Positions 1 to 10,368 of a stretch of 64,000 nucleotides of DNA are shown one piece after another. Under the pieces are notes generated by a model. It was not told where the DNA came from, ran no database searches, and saw nothing but the letters and a program-made list of their open reading frames with translations. The stretch's first letter is position 1, and each line of letters begins with the position of its first letter. A program made the translations under genes and the position numbers. The stretch lies in assembly GCA_000092065.1 (NCBI GenBank), contig CP000596.1. One strand, given 5' to 3'. This stretch comes from Ostreococcus lucimarinus. Its lineage: Eukaryota.

Positions 1-1
1 G

Positions 2-727
2 TGCACGAAGAACATCGACGCGACGTGCGCCAAGGTGGACGATTTCCTCGAGCAAGCGAACACGATCGGGACGACGACGTCGAATATTCTGACCGAGGCC
101 GGGTTGTTGCAGCGACGGGTGTCGGAGCTGCCGAACGCGCTTTTGGGGTCGCTCGGGGATTCGGCGGAGGACCCGAGGTCGCGATCGTTCCTCGCGGCGC
201 GAGGCGCCGACGGCGCGGAACTCGCGGCGGAGATGGCGCGACGAGATATCGTGCTAGGAAAAGAAATCACGGGGAGGAGGTTAGGGAACGGGTGGATCGG
301 GTCGACGATGCATCGGTTCTTTTTTTCAAGAGATAATACTTTTAGCGTCGGCGAATACGTCGCGGTGAAGCGATCGAATAATATGTACACGTGGGGCGTC
401 GTCGAGGCGGGTGATTCAGACGAAAGCGAGGACGGCAAGGGAGTGGACGGCACGGAGTCGTCGAGCAATAGCGCGGTGGACGTCTCGCAGGCAGAACCCG
501 CGGTGTGCGAGTGGCCGCCGCGCGATTATCCCGCGGAAGCCGCGGCGAAGGAGATCGAAGAGGCAAACAAAATCACGCCCATGAAGGTGTTCAAGGCGCT
601 CATTCGCATGCCGTTGCCAAAGAACTTGGGCGAACCTGAGAGGCAGTATCGCGTCGTCGTTGAAGTGGATAGAGATTTGTACCGTTTCAAGTACGTCGAC
701 GCGTCGCTGTTGGGCAAACGATACTGA
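2..727 (+). CDS. hypothetical protein, 5'-truncated at window edge (frame open from nt 2; track start at 35 is a GTG artefact)
   Basis: Open frame 2..727 with mixed, non-Arg-rich composition unlike the GC-driven spurious frames; no domain recognised. Confidence 0.4.
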   Translation, partial: CTKNIDATCAKVDDFLEQANTIGTTTSNILTEAGLLQRRVSELPNALLGSLGDSAEDPRSRSFLAARGADGAELAAEMARRDIVLGKEITGRRLGNGWIGSTMHRFFFSRDNTFSVGEYVAVKRSNNMYTWGVVEAGDSDESEDGKGVDGTESSSNSAVDVSQAEPAVCEWPPRDYPAEAAAKEIEEANKITPMKVFKALIRMPLPKNLGEPERQYRVVVEVDRDLYRFKYVDASLLGKRY

Positions 728-755
728 TAGAGATGACACCAAGAGACTTGTAAAA

Positions 756-1802
756 TCACAACCCGAGCGATGAATAGTATTTCGCCACTAGTTGGCTCAA
801 ACGATTGCCATCGGCGCCGCTAAATGTTTCCGCCTTGCGCCCTTCGCAATACACCGCGAACGTGGGCATGGACGAAACGCGCTCGTAACCCGCTATGTCT
901 TGCGCCGCGTCGACGTCGACTTTGATGAAGTGCGCCGCCGGATACTTGGTCGCGAGCGACGTGAACACCGGCCCAATCATCTTGCAAGGCCCGCACCAGG
1001 TCGCAGTGAAATCCACAAAGACTAATTTCATCGTTTTCGTCAAACGTTGGTACTCCGCCATTTCGGTCACCTCTCGACATCCGGCTTGGACTTGCGGCTT
1101 CTTCAGCGCCGCTCGACATCCGTTCAAACTCGCGACTAAGCTCACATCTCCCGGCAAATCCTCCCACAGCCTCGTGAATACAACATCCGCTTCGGCGTAT
1201 TTCCCTAAAGCCGCCAATGCCGTCGCTTTGCGCAGCGAAGCCTTTTGATACGTTTCGCATCTCGCCAACGCTTCGTTCGCGTCGGCGAGCGCGTCCTCGT
1301 GTTTGCCCGACGCCGACTTACACGCCGCGCGATTACAAAACAACAGACTCGCCCCTGGAACATCGCTTCCACCGTTCGCTAATCCCTCGCTATACGCCTC
1401 GGCCGCGCTCTCGCGATCGCCCGCCTTGAATTTATCGTTGCCGAGCGCTCGCGCCGCCGCCAAGCGTTCCAACTTCCCCTTCGCGAGCGCCTCCGACGAA
1501 TCTCTCAATCCCTCGACCGCCCCGTCCAGCGTCCCCGCGCGCACGAACAACGACTCCAGGCGCGTCTTCGCGCGTTCGTACGACTCGCACGCCGCCCACG
1601 CGCGCGCACAGGCGACGACGGCGTCGTTCAGGTGTTGTCCCAGTCCCATGGCCATCAGCGCCGCCGCGGCGTTGGCGCGCGCTTTCGCGACGTCCAGGGG
1701 CGTCGAGGCGCATTCGGCGGCTTGTTCGTACAGGTCTAGAGCTGATTTAAAGTCGCTATTCTTCAGGGCGTCGTTGCCGCGCGCGCGAAGGTCGGTGGTC
1801 AT
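756..1802 (-). CDS. TPR-repeat thioredoxin (TDX/HIP-like): N-terminal TPR helices plus C-terminal thioredoxin domain
   Basis: C-terminal TATWCGPCKMIGPVF...KVDVD...MPTF thioredoxin fold with the WCGPC active site; N-terminal Ala/Leu-rich TPR-like repeats; ATG confirmed at 1802. Confidence 0.8.
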   Translation of the reverse strand: MTTDLRARGNDALKNSDFKSALDLYEQAAECASTPLDVAKARANAAAALMAMGLGQHLNDAVVACARAWAACESYERAKTRLESLFVRAGTLDGAVEGLRDSSEALAKGKLERLAAARALGNDKFKAGDRESAAEAYSEGLANGGSDVPGASLLFCNRAACKSASGKHEDALADANEALARCETYQKASLRKATALAALGKYAEADVVFTRLWEDLPGDVSLVASLNGCRAALKKPQVQAGCREVTEMAEYQRLTKTMKLVFVDFTATWCGPCKMIGPVFTSLATKYPAAHFIKVDVDAAQDIAGYERVSSMPTFAVYCEGRKAETFSGADGNRLSQLVAKYYSSLGL

Positions 1803-1850
1803 CGCGAGCGGGCGAGTGCGGCGCGAGCGCGGCGCGAGCGAGGAGCGTGC

Positions 1851-2798
1851 TCAGCCATACGGAGAACTTTCTCGCAAGATACGTGTCCACGCTTCTCGGT
1901 TCTTCTCTGCGCACTCGTGCAGGAATTCGTCTCGCTCTCGCGGCGTCATGGCGTCTAGGTACGCTTTGTGGCACTTCTTGCACATGCGCGTGTACGGATG
2001 GTGCCAATAGTACTTGCCGAGATTCGCACGGTACTTCCGCACGCTTCTGTCCGTCCCGCACGCTCGGCACGTCATGCCCTCCGGCGCCGGCGGCGTCGGC
2101 TCGCGACGCTCCATCCAAGCTTTCGATTTACGCCGTCCCGCTGCCTCGGCGCACTGTTTGTCGAACTCCTCTCGTGCCTCGGGCGTCATCGCGTCTAGGT
2201 GCACTTCGTGGCACTTGACGCACATGCGCGTATGCGGACGTTCCCAACAGTACTTGCCGAGATCCGCACGGTACTTCCGCACGTTTCTGTCCGTCCCGCA
2301 CGCTCGGCACGTCATGCCCTCCGGCGCCGGCGGTCTCGGCTCGCGACGCTCCAGCAGAGCTTTCGATTTACGCCGTCCTGTTTCCTCGGCGCACTGTTTG
2401 TCGAACTCCTCTCGTGCCTCGGGCGTCATCGCGCCGACGTGCGCTTCGTGGCACTTGACGCACATGTGCGTGTGCGCACGTCTCCAATAGTACTTGCCGA
2501 GATCCGCACGGTACTTCCGCACGCTTCTGTCCGTCCCGCACGCTCGGCAGGTCATGCCCTCCGGCGCCGGCGGCCTCGTCCCGCCGCCGCCCGACTCCGC
2601 CCTCAAAACGACCGCGCATCGCGCGTCGCTCAGGCACGCCTCCCCCAAACGTCTCGTTATCGTCTCCAGCGCCCCCCGCGCGCCGTCCCGTCCCACCGCG
2701 CGTCGCGCGTCGACGCGCGTTCGCCCGTCCCGACGCCCCCGAGCGCACAATCTCGCGTCGACCGACACCGACGCCGACGCCGCGCGCGCCGCGAGCAT
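1851..2798 (-). CDS. tandem-repeat Cys4His2 zinc-binding protein with three 80-aa repeats (unclassified domain); start may instead be 2966
   Basis: Three copies of PPAPEGMTCRACGTDRxVRKYRADLGKYxWxRxHTxMCVKCHExHxxAMTPEAREEFDKQCAE, each encoded by a 240-bp DNA repeat; first plausible ATG at 2798. Confidence 0.55.
   Translation of the reverse strand: MLAARAASASVSVDARLCARGRRDGRTRVDARRAVGRDGARGALETITRRLGEACLSDARCAVVLRAESGGGGTRPPAPEGMTCRACGTDRSVRKYRADLGKYYWRRAHTHMCVKCHEAHVGAMTPEAREEFDKQCAEETGRRKSKALLERREPRPPAPEGMTCRACGTDRNVRKYRADLGKYCWERPHTRMCVKCHEVHLDAMTPEAREEFDKQCAEAAGRRKSKAWMERREPTPPAPEGMTCRACGTDRSVRKYRANLGKYYWHHPYTRMCKKCHKAYLDAMTPRERDEFLHECAEKNREAWTRILRESSPYG
1895..2600. repeat. 3 x 240-bp coding tandem repeat with a partial 4th copy
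   Basis: Near-identical 240-nt units beginning near 1968, 2208 and 2448 (cacttcgtggcacttgacgcacatgcgcgt...gggcgtcatcgcg). Confidence 0.75.
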
Positions 2799-2956
2799 CG
2801 CTCCCGTCGCGCTCGACCGCGCGCGGCGTAATTTACCGAACCGCGCGGCGCGCGCGCGTCGCGCCGCGCGTCGCCCCGCGTCGCGCCGCGTCGCGATCTG
2901 CGTCCGTCGCCTTCGTGCGTTTTCGACGTTTTCACCGAAAACACCCGGTCGATGCG

Positions 2957-3574
2957 ATGTCCGCACAGATCGTCGCGTCGCCGCGCCGCGCGATGTCCGT
3001 CCTGCGCGCCCTCGCGCGGCGCGCGCGCGCGCGCGCGCCTTCGCCGCGCGCCGCCGCGCTCGCGACGCGCGCGCGGGCGCCGCCGCCGCCGATGACGTCC
3101 GTCGACGCGCTCTGGGAGGAGGTTCGCGACGCGCGCAGCGGACAGATTTACTACTGGCAGACGGAGACCGACGAGACGACGCCGCTCGGCGCGCCTCGGC
3201 CGACGACGTACAGCGCGCTCGACCCGACGATGCCGGCGCCGACGCGATCGGGGACGCGCGCGCCGCCGCCGTCGCGAGATCTCGGCGCGGCGGGAGGGTC
3301 GGCGGCGGGCGGATTCGGGTCGATGATCGCGCAGGGCGCGGCGTGGGGGATGGGGAGCTCGTTGGGACACCGCGCGATCGGAGGGATGTTCGGGTACGGC
3401 GGGTACGGCGGCGTCGGCGGGGTCGGCGGCGGCGAGGGCGCGATCGGGGAGGCGGGAGGGACGGAGGCGCCGGCGCCGCCGGATTTCGGCGCGAGCGAGT
3501 TCGACGACGACGACGGATTCGGCGACGGTGGATCCGACGGTGGATCGTTGTTTGATTTCTTTTCCGAAGACTGA
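2957..3574 (+). CDS. small WW-domain protein with a Gly/Asp-rich acidic tail
   Basis: LWEEVRDARSGQIYYWQTETDETTPLGAPRP fits the WW consensus (W...G..YYxN..T.ETxW..P), followed by GYGGYGGVGG and DDDDGFGDGG low-complexity tail; ATG at 2957. Confidence 0.45.
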   Translation: MSAQIVASPRRAMSVLRALARRARARAPSPRAAALATRARAPPPPMTSVDALWEEVRDARSGQIYYWQTETDETTPLGAPRPTTYSALDPTMPAPTRSGTRAPPPSRDLGAAGGSAAGGFGSMIAQGAAWGMGSSLGHRAIGGMFGYGGYGGVGGVGGGEGAIGEAGGTEAPAPPDFGASEFDDDDGFGDGGSDGGSLFDFFSED

Positions 3575-3695
3575 GCGCGCGCGCGATCGCGCGCGATGTA
3601 ATTTTGAGGCTGGGTGATTTTGTTCGTTTCGTCTTCGGCGTTACAAATTTCCTTCGCGAGCGCGAGGCGGCGGCGCGATCTTTCGGGTCGTTCGC

Positions 3696-4328
3696 TCACG
3701 CGCCTTCCCCCGCGGTCGTCTCCACCGCGCCTTCGGTCGCCGCCTCGGCCGATGTGGCCTCGACGACCTCCTCGCGCGTCGTCTCCGACGTCTTCTCCGC
3801 GTCTCTCCGCGGCGACGCCGCCGCCGCTTCCTTCGCCGCCGCCGCCTCGTCCTCCGCCATTTTCTCTTCAATCCACCGTTTCAGCGTCCCGCTCCCGAAT
3901 CCGTACGCGCCCGGTAATTTCACGTAATCTCTCGTCTGCTGTGCCGGTTCCTTGCCCCAGTGTTTCGGGAATCGCGCCATCCACGGCGCGTCGCTTCGTC
4001 GCCACTTGACGTACGCGTACTTGTCGTTTCGCTTCGTCCCGTCCTCGTTCTTCAGCGGCGTCCCGTGCTCGTACTTCGTCCCGCGCGCGTCGCCGAACAT
4101 GTTCACCTCGTCTCGCTGGGCGTACAACCACGCGTCGATCAGGCTCTTCTCCTCGAGCGAGACGGCTTTCGGGTTTTTGAGATGATGAAACTTTAGGATG
4201 TCGGTTTTGATCACCGAGACTTGGGTGAGTTTGCTCGCCGCTTTCGCGAATTTGCGCGCGTTGGAGCCGGTGGCGTTGAGCGCGAGAAACGCGCCCGCGA
4301 CGGCGACGACGAGGGCGGGGATTTTCAT
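3696..4328 (-). CDS. hypothetical secreted/ER protein with N-terminal signal peptide
   Basis: MKIPALVVAVAGAFLALNA signal-like N-terminus; mixed-composition 210-aa ORF; ATG at 4328; family not recognised. Confidence 0.5.
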   Translation of the reverse strand: MKIPALVVAVAGAFLALNATGSNARKFAKAASKLTQVSVIKTDILKFHHLKNPKAVSLEEKSLIDAWLYAQRDEVNMFGDARGTKYEHGTPLKNEDGTKRNDKYAYVKWRRSDAPWMARFPKHWGKEPAQQTRDYVKLPGAYGFGSGTLKRWIEEKMAEDEAAAAKEAAAASPRRDAEKTSETTREEVVEATSAEAATEGAVETTAGEGA

Positions 4329-4593
4329 GGCGCGCGAGGCGAGGCGCGCGACGCGGAATGCGGAACGAGGAAAGTGCGAGGCTGGACGAGGACGGCGGCG
4401 TCGGGACGCGACGCGAGATCGACGACGACGACGACGACGACGCGCGTCGACGCGAAAAAGGTTCTTCGTGATGATGAGAGTACATGCGTTGACATCGGTT
4501 ACGCGAGGATTCGTCGGTGCGCCGAGGCGGCGGCGCGTCGTCGTTCTCTTCGTCGTCGTTCTAATAATCGTACGGTTGGCGCCGAGCCGTCGA

Positions 4594-5607
4594 TCACGTC
4601 GCCTTCTTCGAGCGCTTGGACGCGCCAGCCCCGGACGCGGGCGCGGCGGTCGACGCCTCTTGTTTTGCCGCGCTGCGTTCGGCGGCGGCGTCGCGTTTTT
4701 CGCGCTTCATGCCCTTCATCTTCGCCGCGCCGAGCGCCTCTAATCCGGTTTGCTTTTCCACGTACAGGCGACCCACCTTGCCCTCCAACATGTCGTGCGA
4801 CACGTTCTTTTGCTTTTTCGCCACGCGAGCTCGTTGGTAGGCCTCGCGTTTGACGTCCGGTGGCGCCTCGCGGTGACGTCCGCACGTGAAATCAAAACTA
4901 GGTCCCATCTCGGCGAGCTCGATCAAAGGCAACCGCGTGCCGGATTTCTTATACTTGATCGCGTACTGTCGAAACATCACGATCGGTGGTCCCCCGGGAT
5001 TAGCCAACGCCGTGCACACGATCGCCCGATCGATTCCTTTCAAATTTATCCTATCCACCACTCGTCCTCGAAATATATCGCTCATCACGTTTTTCACCAG
5101 TCGCAACCCGTCGTGCGTCTCGAAATCCTCCCCTTGAAAGCACAAGCACGGCTTACTTCCAGCCACCGCGTGCTTTCCCTCGCCCCCGAACGATTGCATC
5201 GACTTATAATTCCTCACCAACATCTCCACGCAATCGAACAGGTGATATTCAAAGAATCTGCCCGCCGTCAAGCAGTTCGGTCTCTTCTTTTGGTGCGTCC
5301 CGAGCAGAAACGCCCCCGCGTCCGCCTTCTTGGCGAAGAATTCCAGCGACGTCTCCCCCCCGCCCTCGAACGGACGTACCCCTGGGTTCTTTCGCGTCAT
5401 CTTGTGCGCCTCTTGGCCCTTGGTTCGCGCCAGGTCGGCGAGGAGACGCTTCAAAACTTCGGAACTGTTTTGCCCGTGCAGACACAGGGTGGTTTTGCCA
5501 GCCTTTTCGACCTTTTTCGGCGCGCGCGCGAGCAACGCGCGCTTGCCCGCGGTCGTGGACGCGCGTTTGATCTCCATTTTGCTCTCCATCGCGGCGCTGT
5601 CCGCCAT
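4594..5607 (-). CDS. RPF2: ribosome production factor 2 (Brix-domain protein RPF2)
   Basis: TRKNPGVRPFEGGGETSLEFFAKKADAGAFLLGTHQKKRPNCLTAGRFFEYHLFDCVEMLV parallels yeast Rpf2 (NRKNDIHPFED...LEFFSEKNDCSL...SKKRKNN), with a Lys-rich C-terminal tail; ATG at 5607. Confidence 0.8.
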   Translation of the reverse strand: MADSAAMESKMEIKRASTTAGKRALLARAPKKVEKAGKTTLCLHGQNSSEVLKRLLADLARTKGQEAHKMTRKNPGVRPFEGGGETSLEFFAKKADAGAFLLGTHQKKRPNCLTAGRFFEYHLFDCVEMLVRNYKSMQSFGGEGKHAVAGSKPCLCFQGEDFETHDGLRLVKNVMSDIFRGRVVDRINLKGIDRAIVCTALANPGGPPIVMFRQYAIKYKKSGTRLPLIELAEMGPSFDFTCGRHREAPPDVKREAYQRARVAKKQKNVSHDMLEGKVGRLYVEKQTGLEALGAAKMKGMKREKRDAAAERSAAKQEASTAAPASGAGASKRSKKAT

Positions 5608-5783
5608 GGCGGCCGTGCGCGGGCGAAAAGTGAGGTTCGTGGACGATGCGAACGCGCGTGGCGGCGGCGGCTGAAATTTGGCCTCGAGCCAGACGCGAGG
5701 TAGAACGACGACGAGAGCGACGCGCGACGACGCGTGGACGCCGGGACTTGGGAAAATACGTTAATAATAATACAACACTCGCG

Positions 5784-8630
5784 TCACGCGAGCTCGCTCG
5801 CGACTTCGCTCGGGAGTAAATTGGCGGATTTCAGGGCGTCCGTGGCGTCGAGCTTGATGATGGCGGCGCCCAGAGCCAAGGGATCCGAGCGCTTGGGTAA
5901 ATCGTTGACGGCGATGCGGTTGGAGATTCCGCCCGTGGTGGAGAGCAATACTTCATCCGTGACGTCGTCGCCGATGCGGTCGACGAGAGTGATGGTGGCC
6001 AGGGCGTCGTCGTCACCCTTTTTGAATTTCATGCACATGACGCCCGAGCGACCGCGGCCGAGCAGGCGGTACGAGTTCGCGGCGACCACTTTGCCTTTAC
6101 CTTTCTTCGTCGTAAATAAGATAAACGGACCGAATTCTTCGCTCGCGGACACCATGCGTTCACCTGGGACGATAGCCATACCGACAGTTTTCGGCGGCAA
6201 AAGTTCGCCGTCGTCTTCGTCGTCGTCTTCGTCGTCGCCCGCGTCTTCGACGACGGCTTCTGCCACCTTCTTCTCGCCCATGGTTTTGATGCCCGAGATT
6301 GGCCTGCACGCCGACTTCACGACTCGGAAGTCTCCGACACGGCAGTGAAGGATGAGCCCTTTTCCAGCTTTCCCGGTGCCTGTGATGAAGAGATGGTCGG
6401 ACGTGCGCGCGAACATCACTTGCTGCAACCTATCGCCCTTGTCGAGCGTGATCACCTTCTTACCCTTGTGCCCGAGCATGGACGCCGCGGACGCCACGGA
6501 TACCTTACCTTGGCTTGTTAACATCACCACCACTTGGTCGTCCGCTACTTCACCCTGTTTCATGTTCGTCGACAACATGGCGGTGACGTTTTGGTTGCGC
6601 TTTGCGAACGTGTTCAACAGACTGGTCGCTGGAACTCCTATCGTGTTCAGTTCGGATTGCGGAATCGCCTTCGCACTGAGCTTTTGGACTCGCCCTCGAT
6701 CGGAGAAGAATAATATTTGATCGCTGTCTTTGCAGTGCATGGCTTTGGAAAGCTCATCGTTGGCGCGGAGCTTGCTCATGCGCTTCCCTCGAGTGCCTCG
6801 ATTCTGCGCGCCAAAGTTCTTCGGGCAGATGCGCTTGACGTATCCACGCTCAGAGAGGGTCAAAATATTATCCTTTGGTGGCGAATCGTCTTCGACGCCG
6901 CTTAAAGATTCGATTTGCTCGACGGACGTACGTCGAGGACGCGCGAATGCCTCTTTCGCCTCCATCGCCTCTTGCACGAGGACGTCGATGACCTTTGACT
7001 TGTTGCTCAACAAACCTTGGAAGTGTGCGATCTGCTCGTTCAACTCCTTGAGCTCGGCGTCTAACTTATCCGCCTCGAGTCCGGTTAATCGACGAAGCGG
7101 CATGGCGAGAATCGAGTCGGCTTGGATGTCGGACAAACCGTGCGATTCGCGCAACTTTTTCGACGCCGACGGGCCGTCTTTCGATTTTCGGATAATCTTC
7201 ACCACTCCATCCGCGTCGGCGAGCACGATCGAGAAGCCTTCAACGAGATGCTTGCGATCTTGCGCCTTTGAGAGCATAAATCTCGTCCGTCGCTCGATCG
7301 TATCGACGCGAAACTTGATGAACTCGTCGAGAATCTGGCGAAGAGGCATCACCGTCGGCTTGTTGTCTATGAGCGCGACGTTGTTCACAAAAAACTTCAC
7401 TTCGAGCTTCGTCTTGGCGTAAAGCTCCTCCAGCACGCTCGCTGCATCATATCCACGCTTAATCTCGATCACGACGCGCATGCCATCGCGATCGCTTTCG
7501 TCGCGAATATCACTGATGCCGTCGATGGTGCGCCCGTTGACGTGGTCGGCGATTTGTTCCACCAACCTCGCCTTGTTGGTTTGGTAAGGAATCTCGCTGA
7601 TCACCACCGCGTCCTTATCCAGCGAACCGCGCGCCGCCGACACGCGCTCGATCGTCGCCCGCCCGCGAAGCGTCACCCCGCCCTTGCCGGTTTCGTAAAT
7701 TTCCTTCATCCCGCTCTTATTCGTCACCACCCCGCCCGTGGGGAAATCCGGCGCCGGCAGCAACGCCATGAGTTCGTCCAACGAGCAATCCGGGTTTTTC
7801 GCCAGCGCGCACAGCGCATCGACAGACTCACCGAGATTATGCGGCGCCATGTTCGTCGCCACCGCCACCGCGATCCCACTCGAGCCGTTGATCAAAAGAT
7901 TCGGCACCCGCGCCGGCAGCACCTCCGGCTCCGTTTGACTCCCGTCAAACGTCTCCGTGAAATTCACGCACTCGTTCCCGATGTCCGCCAACAACCCCTT
8001 CTCCGCCAACTTATTCAATCGGCACTCCGTGTAACGCATCGCCGCCGGCGGATCGTCGTCCAACGACCCAAAGTTCCCGTGTCCGTCCACCAACGGCGCC
8101 GACATCGAAAAATCTTGCGCCAACCGCACCAGCGCCTCGTACACCGATCCGTCCCCGTGCGGGTGATACTTCCCCAGCACGTCTCCCACCACTCTCGCGC
8201 ACTTTCGGTGCGGTTTATCCGCCCGCAATCCCAGCTCGTGCATGCCGTACAGGATCCTTCGATGCACCGGCTTCAGCCCGTCGCGCGCGTCCGGCAGCGC
8301 TCGCCCCACGATCACGCTCATCGCGTACGACAGGTACGACGTCTTCGCCTCGCTCGCCAGTTCAACGTCGATGATCTTCTCCTCCGCGCTTCCCGTCGCC
8401 GTCGCGTACGTTCGCGTCGCGCGTCGCGCCGTCGCGCGCGTCGTTCGCGTCGTCGTCGGTTTGAAATTTGAACCCATCGCGCGTCTTCGCCAACTTCTCT
8501 CGCGCGCGTCGCGCGTCGTCGCGCCTCGCGCCCGCGCGACGTCGCGCGCGGTCGTCGCCATCGCTCGACACGCGCGCGCGACGACGGACGCGCTCGAAGC
8601 GCCGAACGACCGCGCGCTCCGCGTCAACAT
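5784..8630 (-). CDS. GYRA: DNA gyrase subunit A, organelle-targeted; ORF stays open to 8999 but the first ATG after a transit-like region is at 8630
   Basis: [27 protein letters not shown] with the active-site Tyr region, GyrA box (QRRGGKG-like RGTRGKR), C-terminal beta-pinwheel repeats; N-terminal S/T/R/A-rich presequence. Confidence 0.9.
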   Translation of the reverse strand: MLTRSARSFGASSASVVARACRAMATTARDVARARGATTRDARERSWRRRAMGSNFKPTTTRTTRATARRATRTYATATGSAEEKIIDVELASEAKTSYLSYAMSVIVGRALPDARDGLKPVHRRILYGMHELGLRADKPHRKCARVVGDVLGKYHPHGDGSVYEALVRLAQDFSMSAPLVDGHGNFGSLDDDPPAAMRYTECRLNKLAEKGLLADIGNECVNFTETFDGSQTEPEVLPARVPNLLINGSSGIAVAVATNMAPHNLGESVDALCALAKNPDCSLDELMALLPAPDFPTGGVVTNKSGMKEIYETGKGGVTLRGRATIERVSAARGSLDKDAVVISEIPYQTNKARLVEQIADHVNGRTIDGISDIRDESDRDGMRVVIEIKRGYDAASVLEELYAKTKLEVKFFVNNVALIDNKPTVMPLRQILDEFIKFRVDTIERRTRFMLSKAQDRKHLVEGFSIVLADADGVVKIIRKSKDGPSASKKLRESHGLSDIQADSILAMPLRRLTGLEADKLDAELKELNEQIAHFQGLLSNKSKVIDVLVQEAMEAKEAFARPRRTSVEQIESLSGVEDDSPPKDNILTLSERGYVKRICPKNFGAQNRGTRGKRMSKLRANDELSKAMHCKDSDQILFFSDRGRVQKLSAKAIPQSELNTIGVPATSLLNTFAKRNQNVTAMLSTNMKQGEVADDQVVVMLTSQGKVSVASAASMLGHKGKKVITLDKGDRLQQVMFARTSDHLFITGTGKAGKGLILHCRVGDFRVVKSACRPISGIKTMGEKKVAEAVVEDAGDDEDDDEDDGELLPPKTVGMAIVPGERMVSASEEFGPFILFTTKKGKGKVVAANSYRLLGRGRSGVMCMKFKKGDDDALATITLVDRIGDDVTDEVLLSTTGGISNRIAVNDLPKRSDPLALGAAIIKLDATDALKSANLLPSEVASELA

Positions 8631-8675
8631 GCACCGCGGCGCGCAGTGCGGCGTCAGAGCGCGCCGCGGCGCGCC

Positions 8676-10331
8676 ATGAGCGCGCGCCTGCAGCCGTGGG
8701 CGAGCGTCCGGGAGTGGCGCGACGTCCGCGACGCGCTCGCGCGCGCGACGGAGGACGAGGCGCGCGGCGACGGCGCGCGACGCGGCGCCGCCGGGGACGT
8801 CGAAATCGACGCCGCGCTCGGCGTCGTGCGCGCGTGGCGCGCGCGCGGGCGCGCGCCGCTCGCCGCGGACGTCACCGCGATGCTCGTGCGCGCGTCGCGC
8901 GCGCGCGAGGGCGTCGATCGAGGCGACGCGGACGCGGCGCGGTCGGCGACGGCGATGACGCTCGCGAGACTGGTGAACGGCGTCGTCGACCCGAAGCAAA
9001 AGGGACGGTACGCCGCGCCGATCGCGACGCTGGCGCGAGAGGTGGGACTGCCGCGATTTTTAGTGGATCTGCGACACGAGTGCGCGCACGGGACGATGCC
9101 GAGCGCGGGAGCGCTGCGGAGGGGCGCGCGGCGAGCGTTGGCGTGGTGTCGACGATGGTATTGGGACGAACAGGCGCGGGCGTTCGACGCGGCGTTCGAA
9201 CGCGTGCGGGGATGCGTGCGAGCGATGTGCGCGTGCGAAAAAGACGCGAGAGGGCTGCGGGCGCGGGAGGGACGGGGCGCGGTGGAGTCGTCGAGCGAGG
9301 AGATGGACGAGGACGGGGCGAGCGAGGGCGAAAACGCGGGACGGGAGAGCGAGGGCGGGACGTCGTTTAAGGACGTGCGAGAACGACGACGACGGGCGAT
9401 CGGAACGTTGAGCAGCGTGTGTCCGAAGGGCGCGGCGCACGTCGTGGCGGAGGCGTTGCTCGACGGGGGGTGGCTCCGCGTCGTGGAGGACGAGACGGCG
9501 AGCGACGTCGACGACGCCGACGAAGCGACGTTTCGCGCGAGCGCGGAAGATTGGCGGCCGACGCTCGAGCGACTGTGTCAGAAATGGACCGGTTTGTTCG
9601 CGTATCTGTTCGACGCCGCGATTCGAGGCGAGAAACCGGGAAACGATGTGGGGTTTCAAACTTTGTTGAGCGTCGCGGCGAGCGGCGACTTCGCCGCGAA
9701 CGGCGATCAGCGCGTCGCCGCGTTCCACGCGTGCAAACGCGCGCTCGCGAGCGTGCACGAAGACGATTGGAGCGATGACCCGGCGGTGGCGAAGAGAACG
9801 ATCCGGACGCTGCAAAAAATTGCCGGCGTGTCAAAGGATGAAATCAAATCCGCGTCGCGTCGCGGCGCGGCGCCCGCGGACGCGCTCGCGAGCGCGAGAG
9901 CCGACATCGAGGCGCTTCGCGCGACGCTTCAGTCCGGTCGTAAACGCAAGCGCGATTCGCGCTGGGAACGGGCGGAAGATTGGACGCCGTCACCCATAGG
10001 CGTCGTCGCGGGCGTCTCGGCGCGCGCGTTGGTCGACGTCGCGCCGTCGTCGCGAACGATTCGCGTCACATCCGGTGTCAGCGCGTCGAGCGACGCGGGG
10101 TATCGAAGCGCCACGAAATCGGCGACGTATCCACGCGGCGACGACGGTGACGACGACGACGCCGCCGACGACGACGAGGACGAAAACGACGACGAGGACG
10201 AAAACGACGACGGCGGCGAACCGTCCGAACGCGTCGGCGTCGCCGCCGCGCTCAACGTCGCCGGCGGTCGCGTGGAGCTCTCAAAATCGCAAGCCGCCGC
10301 CGTGGCGGCGTCTGTGGCGTGTCTGCTTTAG
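8676..10331 (+). CDS. LAS1: LAS1-like pre-rRNA processing nuclease
   Basis: [69 protein letters not shown] matches the Las1 core (fVNgllDp.Qkg.yA.S...A...GLP.wfVdLRH..tHe.lPsL..L...a..AL.WL...YW); track start 8646 is GTG, ATG at 8676. Confidence 0.65.
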   Translation: MSARLQPWASVREWRDVRDALARATEDEARGDGARRGAAGDVEIDAALGVVRAWRARGRAPLAADVTAMLVRASRAREGVDRGDADAARSATAMTLARLVNGVVDPKQKGRYAAPIATLAREVGLPRFLVDLRHECAHGTMPSAGALRRGARRALAWCRRWYWDEQARAFDAAFERVRGCVRAMCACEKDARGLRAREGRGAVESSSEEMDEDGASEGENAGRESEGGTSFKDVRERRRRAIGTLSSVCPKGAAHVVAEALLDGGWLRVVEDETASDVDDADEATFRASAEDWRPTLERLCQKWTGLFAYLFDAAIRGEKPGNDVGFQTLLSVAASGDFAANGDQRVAAFHACKRALASVHEDDWSDDPAVAKRTIRTLQKIAGVSKDEIKSASRRGAAPADALASARADIEALRATLQSGRKRKRDSRWERAEDWTPSPIGVVAGVSARALVDVAPSSRTIRVTSGVSASSDAGYRSATKSATYPRGDDGDDDDAADDDEDENDDEDENDDGGEPSERVGVAAALNVAGGRVELSKSQAAAVAASVACLL

Positions 10332-10340
10332 CGCATAGCC

Positions 10341-10345
10341 TGTAA
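10341..10345 (+). terminator. TGTAA polyadenylation-like signal 10 nt after the LAS1 stop, in a 37-bp convergent 3' spacer
   Basis: tag stop at 10329..10331 followed by cctgtaattc; TGTAA is the usual green-algal poly(A) signal. Confidence 0.3.
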
Positions 10346-10368
10346 TTCTTAAAATTAATTGTTGTACT

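Noticed and set aside
8646-8675. ORF-track starts at GTG codons (e.g. 8646, 25835, 29037, 60017, 60728, 54198, 35)
   Set aside because: The track treats GTG as Met. For a eukaryotic nuclear genome these were replaced by the first in-frame ATG (8676, 25799, 29067, 59873, 60869) or shown to be internal to a longer exon (54198, 35).
5784-8999. Prokaryotic interpretation (gyrA, minE, nadA, cysE, FKBP read as a bacterial locus or defence island) and a CRISPR/defence-system search
   Set aside because: The same window encodes strictly eukaryotic proteins (U-box UFD2, ELP1, YEATS, DDM1-like SNF2, eIF1, NVL, LAS1, RPF2) and needs a GT-AG intron for FKBP. Bacterial-type genes carry transit-peptide-like N-termini. 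No direct-repeat/spacer array, cas-like, restriction-modification, toxin-antitoxin or phage gene was seen.
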